NCBI GenBank assembly: GCA_965215335.1
Contig: CBDCDA010000002.1
Coordinates: 672,001-736,000 of the forward strand
Direction: 5' to 3'
Length of the DNA stretch: 64,000 bases
From: an uncultured Candidatus Entotheonella sp.
GTDB lineage: Bacteria; Tectomicrobia; Entotheonellia; Entotheonellales; Entotheonellaceae
Shown here: one piece after another, positions 52,095 to 62,169 of the stretch
Position numbering within the stretch: position 1 is the stretch's first letter
Layout of the letters: the number at the start of each line of letters is the position of its first letter
Translations under genes and position numbers: made by a program
The notes under the pieces: generated by a model
Seen by the model: only the letters and a program-made list of their open reading frames with translations
What the model was told of the DNA's origin: nothing
The model's database searches: none

Positions 52095-52550
52095 ATGAAA
52101 GTCTTTTCCGGTATTACCGAGATGAAGGAATACGTCGGCAAGGAAATCGGCGTCAGCCCTTGGTACGAGGTGACGCAGGCGCGCATCAACGCCTTCGCCG
52201 ACGCCACCGGCGACCACCAGTGGATTCACGTCGACGTCGAACGCGCCAGGAATGAATCGCCCTTCGGCGGGCCGGTGGCGCACGGCTATTTCACGCTGTC
52301 TCTGGCGCCGAAAATGATGTGGGAAGTGTACAAGATGGAAGGTGTCAAGATGGGCGTCAACTACGGCGTCAACAAGGTGCGCTTTCCCGCCCCGGTGCCC
52401 GCCGGCAGCCTCATCCGCATGCATCTGGTGCTCAGGGAGTTGCAGGACATCGAGGGCGGCGCGCAGGCCGTCATGCTGCTGACCTTCGAGCGCGAAGGGC
52501 ATGAAAAACCGGTGTGCGTGGCCGAATCGGTATCGCGCTGGTACGTGTAG
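52095..52550 (+). CDS. MaoC-family dehydratase
   Basis: FADATGDHQWIHVD, AHGYFTLSL, NYGVNKVRFPAPV. Confidence 0.93.
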   Translation: MKVFSGITEMKEYVGKEIGVSPWYEVTQARINAFADATGDHQWIHVDVERARNESPFGGPVAHGYFTLSLAPKMMWEVYKMEGVKMGVNYGVNKVRFPAPVPAGSLIRMHLVLRELQDIEGGAQAVMLLTFEREGHEKPVCVAESVSRWYV

Positions 52551-52595
52551 GACGAGCCTGCATTACGGCTGCCAATGGGCAGCCGAGGGACCCTC

Positions 52596-53225
52596 ATGCC
52601 ACGCCTGCAACTCACGGACGGCCCTCCTATTTCCCATGAATCCACTGGCGACGGCTTCCCCCTCATCCTGCTTCCCGGCCCCGAGGGGGTCGCCGCCTGG
52701 TCGCCCCACATGCCCCTCCTCGGCGAGATCTGTCATACCATCGCCTACGAGTTCTGCCGGCCCCAACCGGCCGGCTGCCAACCCGCCACCGCATACCTCC
52801 CCGCCCTTCTTGACGCTCTGCGCCTCGAACGCTTCTATCTCGCCAGCCCCGCCCCCGCCTGGTTGCCGGCCTTGCAATTCGCCCGCCGTCACCCCGAAGC
52901 CCTGGAAGCCCTTCTCCTCGTCGATCTTCCCGACCCTGCCGCTGAAGCACCGCTACCCGACCACACCCTTGCCGCGCATCTGCCCGGCATGGCCCTGCCG
53001 ACCCGCATCCTTCTCTCCCACGACGCCAGCCCCGCGCGCCCCGTCGCCGACTGCCTCTCAACCCATCTGCCCCATTGCCGCACCCTCACCATGGGCCGGC
53101 TTGCCCAGGTTCAACCCGACCTTCCCAAGGCTCCCCGCCGCCAACTCTCCCACCTCATGATGCAGTTCCTCCTCGATCGCGAACGTCACCGCAACCTCGT
53201 TCGCGGCGCCTCGTTTTTGTTGTAG
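52596..53225 (+). CDS. Divergent alpha/beta-hydrolase-fold protein
   Basis: GDGFPLILL, LLDALRLER, FARRHPE; no GxSxG. Confidence 0.6.
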   Translation: MPRLQLTDGPPISHESTGDGFPLILLPGPEGVAAWSPHMPLLGEICHTIAYEFCRPQPAGCQPATAYLPALLDALRLERFYLASPAPAWLPALQFARRHPEALEALLLVDLPDPAAEAPLPDHTLAAHLPGMALPTRILLSHDASPARPVADCLSTHLPHCRTLTMGRLAQVQPDLPKAPRRQLSHLMMQFLLDRERHRNLVRGASFLL

Positions 53226-53260
53226 CAGTGGGTTTGAAACCGGCCCTGCAAGACCCCTTA

Positions 53261-53446
53261 TCAACGCCCGCGAATATGGTACAGGTAGTACGCCTGCAGG
53301 GCCACGGCGAGCAGCGGGGCGCCGATTCGCAGCCCCATGCCAAGCGGGCTGGCGGGTTCGCCGCGCCAGCCGAGGCGGATGGCCAGAAGCAGGCAGACGA
53401 CGATACCGCTGGTGATGAGAAGGCGGTGGATTCTCATGAGTGTCAT
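53261..53446 (-). CDS. Small two-TM hypothetical protein
   Basis: Two hydrophobic stretches; gagg upstream. Confidence 0.5.
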   Translation of the reverse strand: MTLMRIHRLLITSGIVVCLLLAIRLGWRGEPASPLGMGLRIGAPLLAVALQAYYLYHIRGR

Positions 53447-53515
53447 GGGGGAACCTCGTGTCAGGAAAACAGCCAGGTCGGATTGCGTCTCGCGAATCCG
53501 ACCTGCCGCCGCCAG

Positions 53516-54661
53516 TCAATAGGTGCGGATGACGCGGTAGGGGGTGATTTCGGCGTGGGTGAAGCCGTCCTGGGGCGAGAGGAATTCGACCTGCAGAACG
53601 TAGCCCTCGGCGTCGCGGGTATAGCGGGCAAACCGAAAGCCGGCCGCGGCCTCGCTGTCCGGGATTTGACGGCGCTTTCTGCCATGTCGCGAGACCAGTT
53701 GACGCAGGCTCCGCCAGTCACGGATCAGAGTTTCATCCGGCGGGGCATCATCGTTCTCAACCGTGTAGCGGCCGATCGCCTCGCGGATGTTCTGCAAGGA
53801 CCTTTCCAAGTCCGCGTCGGCCACTTGGGCCGCCTGTTTCTTCAGCCGCAGCCGCCGTGCCAGGCGTTGCCAGAACGGCCGCTTTTCTGGCTCTGGCTGG
53901 CCGACTGCAGCTGTGACCTGAGAAGGCGAGCGAAAGGTGTCATTGAATCCCTGCAAGGTGGCGTGGAATCGGGTGTCGGACAGGAGCCGCCCGATGTCCG
54001 ACGAGGTTGTCGTGACGATGGGCTCCTGAGGCAGCGGTTCCGGCGCATCGTCAAGTGGTTGCGAAACCGCGCCGTCGAGCTGTTCAGCCGCAGCGCGCGC
54101 CACCTGGCTGCCAAGCACCTGCCGCCGGCGGGCGAATCTGGCGTCCGTGACTGCGCTGATCAGCCAGATGTCAACTTCACGGATGAGCGTAAATCGCAGC
54201 CGCGACTCCTCCCTGGGAAAATTCACGGTGGTCAGATAGGTATCAATCGCCGTGATGATCTCGTACGGCGCCGCACCCTGTTTCGGCAGCAACGCCCATT
54301 CGTAGAGGTGCGCCACGTCAGGCGTGGATCGAATCGCCGTCACGTACACCTGATTCTCGCCGACCGGTGTCGTACCGGTGATGGTGTAGCGGAACGCCTC
54401 CACGAACTTCTGGCTAAGGAACAGGTCCGCCGTCCCCGTGGGGTGGCCGGCACCGCGCGCGCCGAACAGCCAACTGCCGAAAATCGACCCGTCGAGGTTG
54501 GCGCTTTCCAGGGTCAAGGCGCGCGCCTCGGCGAACCGGCCTTGCGACAACGCCGCAATGTACTGCTCCACCACGCTGTCCGGCTCGCTCTGAGCATATG
54601 CCAAACCGTTCAGCTGCAGCCATATCAACACGCCCGCAAACACCCAGCCTCTTTTCAGCAT
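53516..54661 (-). CDS. Secreted/periplasmic hypothetical protein
   Basis: Signal peptide ending AYA; long ORF; start estimated. Confidence 0.65.
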   Translation of the reverse strand: MLKRGWVFAGVLIWLQLNGLAYAQSEPDSVVEQYIAALSQGRFAEARALTLESANLDGSIFGSWLFGARGAGHPTGTADLFLSQKFVEAFRYTITGTTPVGENQVYVTAIRSTPDVAHLYEWALLPKQGAAPYEIITAIDTYLTTVNFPREESRLRFTLIREVDIWLISAVTDARFARRRQVLGSQVARAAAEQLDGAVSQPLDDAPEPLPQEPIVTTTSSDIGRLLSDTRFHATLQGFNDTFRSPSQVTAAVGQPEPEKRPFWQRLARRLRLKKQAAQVADADLERSLQNIREAIGRYTVENDDAPPDETLIRDWRSLRQLVSRHGRKRRQIPDSEAAAGFRFARYTRDAEGYVLQVEFLSPQDGFTHAEITPYRVIRTY

Positions 54662-54966
54662 CCGTCTCCGTCTCCCACACCATGCCATTTGTCAGGCATA
54701 CTCCCCCCTCCGAATCTTCCCCCGGATTCCGCTCATTTCCTGCAATTTCAGCATTTCAGCCGGGCAGTGCCCTGCCCTGGCGGAAATCTCGACGCCGATT
54801 TCACGGACAATTCGGCGGACAGTCTCGCCGCGCCAGGAAAGGAGGCATGAAGCGGAGCAGGCCACAAGGAGCAAAAAGAGAACTGCCCCCATCTCGCCAT
54901 AAATGGGGGCAGCAAATCTGCCACGAGACCGTGGCAGCAATCCAACCATGCGGAGGAAATGTTACC

Positions 54967-56892
54967 ATGCACGGCCAGGCGAAACCACCCCGAATTGTCA
55001 TGGGCCCGCAGACGTTCAAGGACACCCTCTACGACGGCGCCGAGACCGGTTGGCTCACCCTCTTCTGCACCCCGAGCCGGCAAACCGTCTGGTTTCCCGT
55101 CACCGCGCCCGTCCCCGACCTCGACCTGGGGCAGAACTGCTACCTCGGCCTCGGCATTCGCCGTCAGCGACCCGACAACGGTCGCAGGCGCGGCACGACC
55201 GACGACGTCATCGGCGTCCCCGGCCTGTGGCTCGACCTCGACTACCACAGTCCCGGCGCCCACAAGGTGAAGCAACCCTTGCCGCCCGGCGAAGACGCCG
55301 CGCTCTCCCTGCTCGACGCCGCGCCCTACAAGCCGTCCCTCATCGTGCATTCCGGGCACGGCCTGCAAGTCTACTGGTTGTTCAAGGAAATCGCCGTCTT
55401 CGACTCCAAGGCACAACGGGAAGCCTTCGGGCGCCTGTGCCGCGGCTGGCAGCAGCTCTTCCGGCAGGCCGGCCGCGAAAAAGGCTGGCACGTCGACAGC
55501 ACCGCCGACCTCGCCCGCGTGCTGCGCATCCCCGGCACCCGCAACCTCAAGACCGGCGAGGCGCGCGAAGTCACCGTGCGCGAAGCCAGCGGCTTCCGTT
55601 ACGATCCCGCCGACTTCAGCGACTTCGCCGGACCCGAAGACGTCACGCCGGCGCCGGAGATTTCCCTGCCGTCCGGCGGTCATCCCGACCTGCGCGGCCT
55701 GCGCGTCCCGTCGCGCATCAAGTACCTCATCCGGCACGGCGACAGCATCGGCCAGTACCCCTCCCGCTCCGAAGCCCTCTTCGCCGTCCTCACGGCCCTG
55801 CTCGGCGCCGGCTATGACGACCGCGACGTCACCCGCCTGTGCCTGCTGGAGGCGCACGGCATTTCAGAGTTGCCACGCGAGAAAGGTCCGGCGTGGCTGG
55901 CGCAGGAACTCAGGCGGGCGCGCCACAAGGCAAACCGCCTCACCCGCCACGTCGAAGGCGAGCCCGAAGACGCCGACGACCTGATGACCGACACCATCTC
56001 GCCCCCGCGTCCCATCGTCGATGGCCTGCTCAACGAAGGCATGCTGCTGTTCGGCGGCAAGAGCAAGCGCGGCAAGTCCTGGCTCATGCTCGACCTCGCC
56101 CTGTCCGTCGCCACCGGCGGGCGCGTCTGGCGGCACTTTGCCGTTCCAGAGCCGCAGCCGGTGCTCTACATCGCCCTCGAAGACAGCAGGCGCCGCATCC
56201 AGCGGCGCCTCGACGACATCCAGCCCGGCGTCAGGACCAACGGCCGGTTGCAGCTGCTCTACACCTTTCCCCTGCTCAACGACGGCGGCCTGGACAAGCT
56301 GCGGCGCTACATCACCAGCGGTCACTACCGCCTCATCGTCATCGACGTTCTGGCCAGGGTCGAGCCCGCCGCCAGGGGCGGCAACGAGAAAACCTACCAC
56401 GACATCTACCGCATGTTCGCGCCGCTTCAGGACCTGCACCGCCAGCATCCCCTGTGCCTCGTCATGCTGACCCATCTCCGCAAGACCGAGGCCGACGACA
56501 TCTTCGACACCCTGCACGGCTCGGTAGCCTACCAGGGCGCGCAGGACTCCCTGTGGGTTCTGGAGCGCCCGCCTCACGACTCGACAGGGGTGTTGCACAT
56601 CCGTGAAAACGACGGCGACGACCAGGCCCTGCACGTTTCCTTCGTCGATGGCCACTGGGAATTCCTCGGCCATGACACCGATATGAAACTCTCTCAGAGC
56701 CGCAAGGCCATCCTGGAACTTTTCGAGGAAACGGAAAGACCTCTGAGCATCAACGAGATCCTCAAAGGCCTGTCGCGGTCTCGCGACCGCTACCAGGCGC
56801 TGAAAAAAACGTTGCACCGCATGATAGAAGACGAGCAGATCGTGCGGCTCGGGCGGGGTCGGTACGCCGCTTCGCGGGGCACCTTGCGGTAG
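54967..56892 (+). CDS. Fused RepB/AEP-type primase, RecA-like (AAA_25) ATPase and C-terminal HTH
   Basis: WLDLD, HSGHGLQVYW, DLARVLRIPGT, SRSE; Walker A GKSKRGKS, YIALED, Walker B LIVID, HLRK. Confidence 0.85.
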   Translation: MHGQAKPPRIVMGPQTFKDTLYDGAETGWLTLFCTPSRQTVWFPVTAPVPDLDLGQNCYLGLGIRRQRPDNGRRRGTTDDVIGVPGLWLDLDYHSPGAHKVKQPLPPGEDAALSLLDAAPYKPSLIVHSGHGLQVYWLFKEIAVFDSKAQREAFGRLCRGWQQLFRQAGREKGWHVDSTADLARVLRIPGTRNLKTGEAREVTVREASGFRYDPADFSDFAGPEDVTPAPEISLPSGGHPDLRGLRVPSRIKYLIRHGDSIGQYPSRSEALFAVLTALLGAGYDDRDVTRLCLLEAHGISELPREKGPAWLAQELRRARHKANRLTRHVEGEPEDADDLMTDTISPPRPIVDGLLNEGMLLFGGKSKRGKSWLMLDLALSVATGGRVWRHFAVPEPQPVLYIALEDSRRRIQRRLDDIQPGVRTNGRLQLLYTFPLLNDGGLDKLRRYITSGHYRLIVIDVLARVEPAARGGNEKTYHDIYRMFAPLQDLHRQHPLCLVMLTHLRKTEADDIFDTLHGSVAYQGAQDSLWVLERPPHDSTGVLHIRENDGDDQALHVSFVDGHWEFLGHDTDMKLSQSRKAILELFEETERPLSINEILKGLSRSRDRYQALKKTLHRMIEDEQIVRLGRGRYAASRGTLR

Positions 56893-56897
56893 GAGAC

Positions 56898-57136
56898 CTG
56901 GGGACACTGGGGACACTCGGGGACAACAGGGGGTGTCCCCGAGTTGGACGTTGATTTTCAAGGAGTTATGTGCCTGGGGACGCGGGGACGGCAGAATTCG
57001 CGCCCCAAAACCGGTGTCCCCAGTGTCCCCGAGCCGCCAACTTCCTTGCAACCTGTTGACAACAAACAGGTTAGACAAAAGCATCTGGGGACACCGGGGC
57101 CTCGAAAGCTGTCCCCTTTTCTGTCCCTTTGTCCCC
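56898..57136. repeat. Iteron-like GGGGAC(A) repeats, putative replication origin
   Basis: About 11 GGGGAC/GTCCCC copies in both orientations immediately after the primase stop, with AT-richer spacers. Confidence 0.75.
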
Positions 57137-57295
57137 AAATGGCAGGAATCCGCTCGAAACGATGGCCGACACGCGCACCTTGCGCGTGTCGTTCGTCGCC
57201 GGTCACCGGGCAATACGGCAGGCACGAAGAGGAGACCGTCCGCCACACCTGACGCAAGAGCGGGCCGTGACAGGTCGGCGGGCAGAAAAAGGACG

Positions 57296-57553
57296 ATGAA
57301 CAGGACGCAGGCTCCCTACAAGGTCCGCTCGGCGATGGGCTGGATACGGGTTGACGACGAAACGCTGGCCCAACTCTACCAGGCCGGCATGTTGCACCTG
57401 GCGCATGGCTACTCGCCGCACGGCACGATCTCCGCCTGGCTGTCGGTGCAGCAGGTCCCCAACACGCGAGGAACCTGCAGATCCATGTACGAGGAAGTCT
57501 GGCCCGGCGACCTGCGAGACCTGGCGCATGCCAGGGCCATTGCCAAGGGGTAG
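57296..57553 (+). CDS. Small hypothetical protein
   Basis: aagga RBS before ATG; 85-codon ORF co-oriented with neighbours. Confidence 0.45.
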   Translation: MNRTQAPYKVRSAMGWIRVDDETLAQLYQAGMLHLAHGYSPHGTISAWLSVQQVPNTRGTCRSMYEEVWPGDLRDLAHARAIAKG

Positions 57554-57607
57554 GCCGGCGCACGAGGGAACAGGTATCCGGAAACAGACTCGAAAGGAGA
57601 ACGTCAC

Positions 57608-58348
57608 GTGATTCGTCGAAGCCTCATGCTGTTCGCCATGCTCGCCCTCTTCGCCCCGACCGGGTGCGGACCTTCGGAACCTCGACTCGGCGGCGTGGAA
57701 AACACCGTCCAGTCCAGCGCCACCCGCCTGACTCGGTGCCAGGCCCCGATCGGCACCGTGGCACTGGTCGAGCCACGAGCGGAGATGCTCCAGGGACTCC
57801 AGCAAATCGGTCTGTCGTCCCCGGTTCCCATCCTGAAACTCCTCATGGCGCGCAGCGGTTGTTTCCAGGTCGTCGACCGCGGCGCCGCCTCCCGAGCACT
57901 CCAGCGCGAACGCGAACTGGCGGCGCAAGGCGAACTCCAGGCCGGCAGCAACATCGGCGGCGGTCAGCTGGTCGCCGCCGATTACCTCGTCACCCCCAAC
58001 GTCCTGTTCCAGGATCCCGACGCCGGCGGCTCGAACGTCGGCGGGATTCTTGGCGGCCTGCTGCCGGGAGTGCTCGGCGCCGTCGCCGGCGGCATCAAGA
58101 CGACGAATCTCGAAGCCCAGGTCCTGCTGACCCTCACCAACGTGCGCTCCGGCGTCCAGGAAGCGGTGGCCGAAGGGTCGGCGCAAAAGCGCGACGTCGG
58201 TTTCAACGTCGGCGCCCTGTTGCTCGGTGGCGGGGTCGGGGCCGGCGGGGTCGGCGGCGCCTATACCAGCACCGACGTCGGCAAGATTGTCATGGTGGCG
58301 TTCGTCGATGGGCTCAACAAGCTCGTCGCTCGGATCGGACAGGGGTAA
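57608..58348 (+). CDS. CsgG/HfaB-family lipoprotein
   Basis: Lipobox-like PTGC, SGCFQVVDRG, ERELA, AADYLVTP; aaggag RBS. Confidence 0.85.
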   Translation: MIRRSLMLFAMLALFAPTGCGPSEPRLGGVENTVQSSATRLTRCQAPIGTVALVEPRAEMLQGLQQIGLSSPVPILKLLMARSGCFQVVDRGAASRALQRERELAAQGELQAGSNIGGGQLVAADYLVTPNVLFQDPDAGGSNVGGILGGLLPGVLGAVAGGIKTTNLEAQVLLTLTNVRSGVQEAVAEGSAQKRDVGFNVGALLLGGGVGAGGVGGAYTSTDVGKIVMVAFVDGLNKLVARIGQG

Positions 58349-58549
58349 GCCGGTCACACCACGCCCTCCCTCACCGCCAACGAGTGAGACGCTCGCTACG
58401 CTACGCGATTCCGCAGGGCATGCCCTGCGGCTGTCGGACAGGATGGTCCTCGGGTTTCCGGATTCAGGCGAAGCCGGAGAACGAGTCGCAAGATTGGCGG
58501 AGCCAGGATACAATGACCGGGCGACAAGAACCCGCCCCGAGGAGGCGAC

Positions 58550-58918
58550 ATGTCATCCTGGCTCAAGGAGAAAGGAAGCGCCGTAGGCGCCATCGCCGGA
58601 ACCATCGCCGCATTCGTCGCCGTTCTGCAATTGTTCGTCGTCGGCCCGATGAACCAGCGCTTCGACGCCCTGCAAAAGCACCTGGACCAGCGCATCGACG
58701 ACCTGACGGTGCTGGTGAACCAGCGCTTCGACGCTCACGACCAGCGCTTCGATGCTCACGACCGGCACTTCGACGTCCAGGACCGGCGCCTCGACCGTCT
58801 TGCCGGCGAGATCGCGGAACTCCGCAAGCTGACCATCCGCATCGGTGAACGGCTATCGCGCAGCGAAGGCCAGATCGACGTCATCCGGGAGCAGATCAAG
58901 ACCGTGGACGCGCCCTGA
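58550..58918 (+). CDS. Small N-anchored coiled-coil protein with QRFD heptads
   Basis: ggagg RBS; TM segment then NQRFDAHDQRFDAHDRHFD. Confidence 0.75.
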   Translation: MSSWLKEKGSAVGAIAGTIAAFVAVLQLFVVGPMNQRFDALQKHLDQRIDDLTVLVNQRFDAHDQRFDAHDRHFDVQDRRLDRLAGEIAELRKLTIRIGERLSRSEGQIDVIREQIKTVDAP

Positions 58919-58990
58919 CGCCCCCGTACCCGCGTGCTGCCGGTGGGCCTGTTCGTGGCGATGGCGGCGATCATCCACGATCAGGGCGAG

Positions 58991-59545
58991 TCATTCGCTG
59001 TCAGCCAGCATCTTGTTGAGGGTCACCCGCGTCACCCGGAAGTGCCGCGCCACCTCGCCCTTGGTCATGTCGGGATCGAGCAGCATCGCCCTGGCCTTGC
59101 GCGCCTGATCCGGCGTCAGCTTGCGGGGCCTGCCGCCCTTGCGTCCACGTGCCCGGGCGGCCGCCAGGCCGGCACGGGTGCGCTCCCGGATCAGCGACCG
59201 CTCGAATTCCGCCAGCGCCGCGAACACGTGAAAGATCAACTTCCCCCCGGCGCTCCCCGTGTCAATCGACTCACGAAGCGACCGGAACCCGACGCCGCGT
59301 TCTTCCAGGTCCGCCACCGTCCCCACCAGGTCCTTGAGGCTGCGCCCCAGGCGGTCGAGACGCCACACCGTCAGGGTGTCGCCGGCTCGCAGCGCATCCA
59401 GGCACTTCGCCAGTTCCGGGCGCTCCCGGCTGCCCCCGGAAGTCCGTTCCTGGTAAATCCGCTCGCAGCCGGCCGCGCTGAGCGCGTCGAGTTGCAAGGC
59501 CGTATCTTGCGTCTCCGTCGAGACGCGCGCATATCCCAGGTGCAT
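58991..59545 (-). CDS. Serine recombinase (resolvase/invertase)
   Basis: GYARVST, VWRLDRLGRS, AEFER, GRKGGRP, C-terminal HTH. Confidence 0.96.
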   Translation of the reverse strand: MHLGYARVSTETQDTALQLDALSAAGCERIYQERTSGGSRERPELAKCLDALRAGDTLTVWRLDRLGRSLKDLVGTVADLEERGVGFRSLRESIDTGSAGGKLIFHVFAALAEFERSLIRERTRAGLAAARARGRKGGRPRKLTPDQARKARAMLLDPDMTKGEVARHFRVTRVTLNKMLADSE

Positions 59546-59840
59546 AGAAACATCGACCTTTCCTGTAGGTTGTTATTTATACGGCTTCTTGTACACCCCG
59601 GGGCGCAAGAAAAGCCCTCCGCGACGGCTCGACGACGGCGTACAGATAACGTTGGTTTTTTGGATTGGGGAGTCCAGAGGGAATAGGGGTAATGATAGGG
59701 GTAATGTGTGTTTATATATGTATGTGTGTGTTGTGTGTGTATATGGTTGTGTGTGTGAAAATACTACCCCGATCAGTGTGGAAATGCATGGCAAGAACCC
59801 ATGCCTGAATATGTCATGCAAGGCTTGTATATTTCTGTTT

Positions 59841-60289
59841 TGAGTTGCACGAACATGCGGCGAGGGAATACCGGCGGGTGATTCGGTCGGCTTCGTCGCC
59901 CTGTGCACGATCTTGCCCCTGGCCGCTGAATCCGTCACCTGGGCAGTCGCGTTCCGCCAGCCTGCGCCGAAGCCAAGATTCAGGAAACACCCCGACGTCG
60001 TCCAGAAGCCGCGGCCACTCGACCATCAGGATGGTTCTTCACCTTCGCTCTGGGTAGTCAAGCCAGATTTGCAATAGCATGACCCCTGTGTAAACTGCAT
60101 CATCGCAGGCGTCACGTCTCGCAACGTCGGGGCAACCTGAGTCCCTGCCTCGATGGATTCGGGATCACGGTCAGGCGAGCTCGAGGATGGCCGTCGAATG
60201 AGTTGCACGAACGTGCAGCGAGGGAATACCGGTGGGTGACGTCGAATGGCGTGGCGGCTGTCGGAAGCCGCGGCCACTCGACCATCAGG
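59841..60289. repeat. Two-block direct repeat
   Basis: tgagttgcacgaac..gggtga at 59841 and 60199; gaagccgcggccactcgaccatcagg at 60005 and 60264. Confidence 0.8.
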
Positions 60290-60433
60290 GATGCCTTGCC
60301 GACGTGAAACTGTTCTGGGGCCGTTTGCGACTGCGAGCCTGGTTGTGGTTCTGCTGCACCATATGGCTGCCCTGGCTGTTCTTCAAGCACCGGCGACGGT
60401 CGCGCAAGGGCAAGTCCCGAGCCCGAAGCGCCC

Positions 60434-61321
60434 TCACCTGCCCAGGTACACCACCGTGATCTGCTCCCGCCCGTGCCCCATCTCCGCGCTGATGACACGC
60501 CGCGCCCGCTCGTCCAACGCTTTCTCGCGTGGTTTCAGGTCCTTGCGCGCCGGCCCGCCCGCTACCGGACACGCCCAGCCGGTCAGTTCCTCATAACGCG
60601 CCTGTGCATAGGCATGCCGCAACCCGTGCGGGCTGCGTATCCCGGCCTTGTACGTCTGCCGTTCGTAGACCCGGATATGCTGGTGGTACGTCGCCGTCGG
60701 AATGAGGGAGCCCTCGGGCGTCGTCCTGGCCAGTTCCCTGGCCCGCTCCACCAGGTCGCGCTGCTCGGGCGTGCGGATGGGAATCTCGCGTCGGCGCCTT
60801 CCCTTGCACCAGGACCCTTGCAGGACCAGCCTGTCGCCCTTGTCCGCCTCATGCGGCCTTATCTTCGTGGCTTCCTCGCGCCGCATGCCGAACTTCTCCT
60901 CCAACGCCAGGCTGAGGCGCACATGTGGACTCGGCACCCGCTCCAATAGCTCCGGCGTCAGCCTGAAAGCCTTCGACTGCTTCGCGCCATGCGAACGCTC
61001 CGGGACGCCCAACTCGGCATTGGTACGCGGCACCAGGTTCGGCTTGCCGATCCTGGCCGCCAGCCAGCGGACCGTGGACAGGCGGCCCTTGATCGTCACG
61101 ACCGCCAACCCCTTTTCCAGCCAGCGACTCACCAGGGCATCGAGATGCTTGCGCCTGAAATTGCCCGGCGACAGATGCCGGTATCCCATCTCCGAGAGTT
61201 CACGCGCCATGATGTGCAGGTGCGAGGCCCGATTCGCCCGCGTCCCGGCGCTGCCCTCGCGATTGTTGGCCGCCTCGAACTTGTGGAACAGGTACTTGTT
61301 GTTGGGCTTGTTGGCCGCCAT
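60434..61321 (-). CDS. Tyrosine recombinase (Integrase_1-like with phage-integrase N-terminal domain)
   Basis: FGMRREE (R), KG, HGLRHAYAQ (HxxR), MGHGR...YLG (H, Y). Confidence 0.9.
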   Translation of the reverse strand: MAANKPNNKYLFHKFEAANNREGSAGTRANRASHLHIMARELSEMGYRHLSPGNFRRKHLDALVSRWLEKGLAVVTIKGRLSTVRWLAARIGKPNLVPRTNAELGVPERSHGAKQSKAFRLTPELLERVPSPHVRLSLALEEKFGMRREEATKIRPHEADKGDRLVLQGSWCKGRRRREIPIRTPEQRDLVERARELARTTPEGSLIPTATYHQHIRVYERQTYKAGIRSPHGLRHAYAQARYEELTGWACPVAGGPARKDLKPREKALDERARRVISAEMGHGREQITVVYLGR

Positions 61322-62042
61322 AGGACGCACCTCCGACGCTCGATTTTCAGCCTGAAAACCGCTCGGAACGCTACCGGATTGTCGTTGCGCTTAGTGTTGC
61401 TGGTCACCAGCCCTGACGTATCAGAGCGAGTACGGCAAACCGGCGACAGCCTGCAAGCCGTTACTTCCACTCAAGGAAGCAGACCAACTCAGTCCCGCAG
61501 GACTCGTTTGGGATAACCCGTCCTGCCCCGACAGCCTGGTGGCCGAGGGAAGCAGGGAAAAAGTCGATGGTCGGCCATTTTGGGCATGCCGTTGTCTGGC
61601 GTTTTTTCCCCAGAATGACGTTTGCGGCCCTTTATGAATCCATAAACCTCCTTTATTCAGTCAGTTAGCGTTTCAAGGGGTAGCGTTTTCGGGCGTCGTC
61701 TCTACCCGCTCGCTGGCGCTCGCAGTAGAGACGACGCTTGCGCGCCGTAAGTGAGCAGCCTTGCGGCTGCTGGCAGCCCCGGTCGCGGCTGGACGCCGCT
61801 GGGCTGCCGCCGTCGCTGGACGCGACGGAAACCCTTGTCGGCTGGACGCCGACAACGGCGCTTCGCAGCGCCCGCAGTGCAGGACGGTTGCATGCCGTCC
61901 TTCGATCAGTCCCTTCATCGCTCGTTCCTTGGTACCGTGACCTCGGACTTGCCTGGGGCACCGAAACGGCCCCGACCGGACTTCCCCATCTGCCGAGCAG
62001 ACGGCACAGCCTCGGATGGCCCGGACTGCGCGCCTCTTTCAA

Positions 62043-62078
62043 CTCGAAGTGCTCCTTCCTGACGAATTCTTCAGCCAC
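62043..62078 (-). pseudogene. Terminal array unit truncated after 12 codons
   Basis: MAEEFVRKEHFE then abrupt switch to unrelated sequence. Confidence 0.7.
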
Positions 62079-62169
62079 CTTGCTGCTCCTCGTCAGAGCG
62101 GACCGGATGGCCGCGGCCCCGGCCCACCCTGAAAACCAGGTGGACAGGGCTGCCGGCCCCGGTCGTCAA

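Noticed and set aside
60434..61321. Integron integrase IntI
   Set aside because: Only ~295 aa with Integrase_1-type motifs, no recognisable IntI patch, and no attI/attC consensus in the correct order
61665..62042. Small CxxC ORF and three gctggacgc repeats between the integrase leader and the array
   Set aside because: No recognisable family, low complexity; cannot be told from chance
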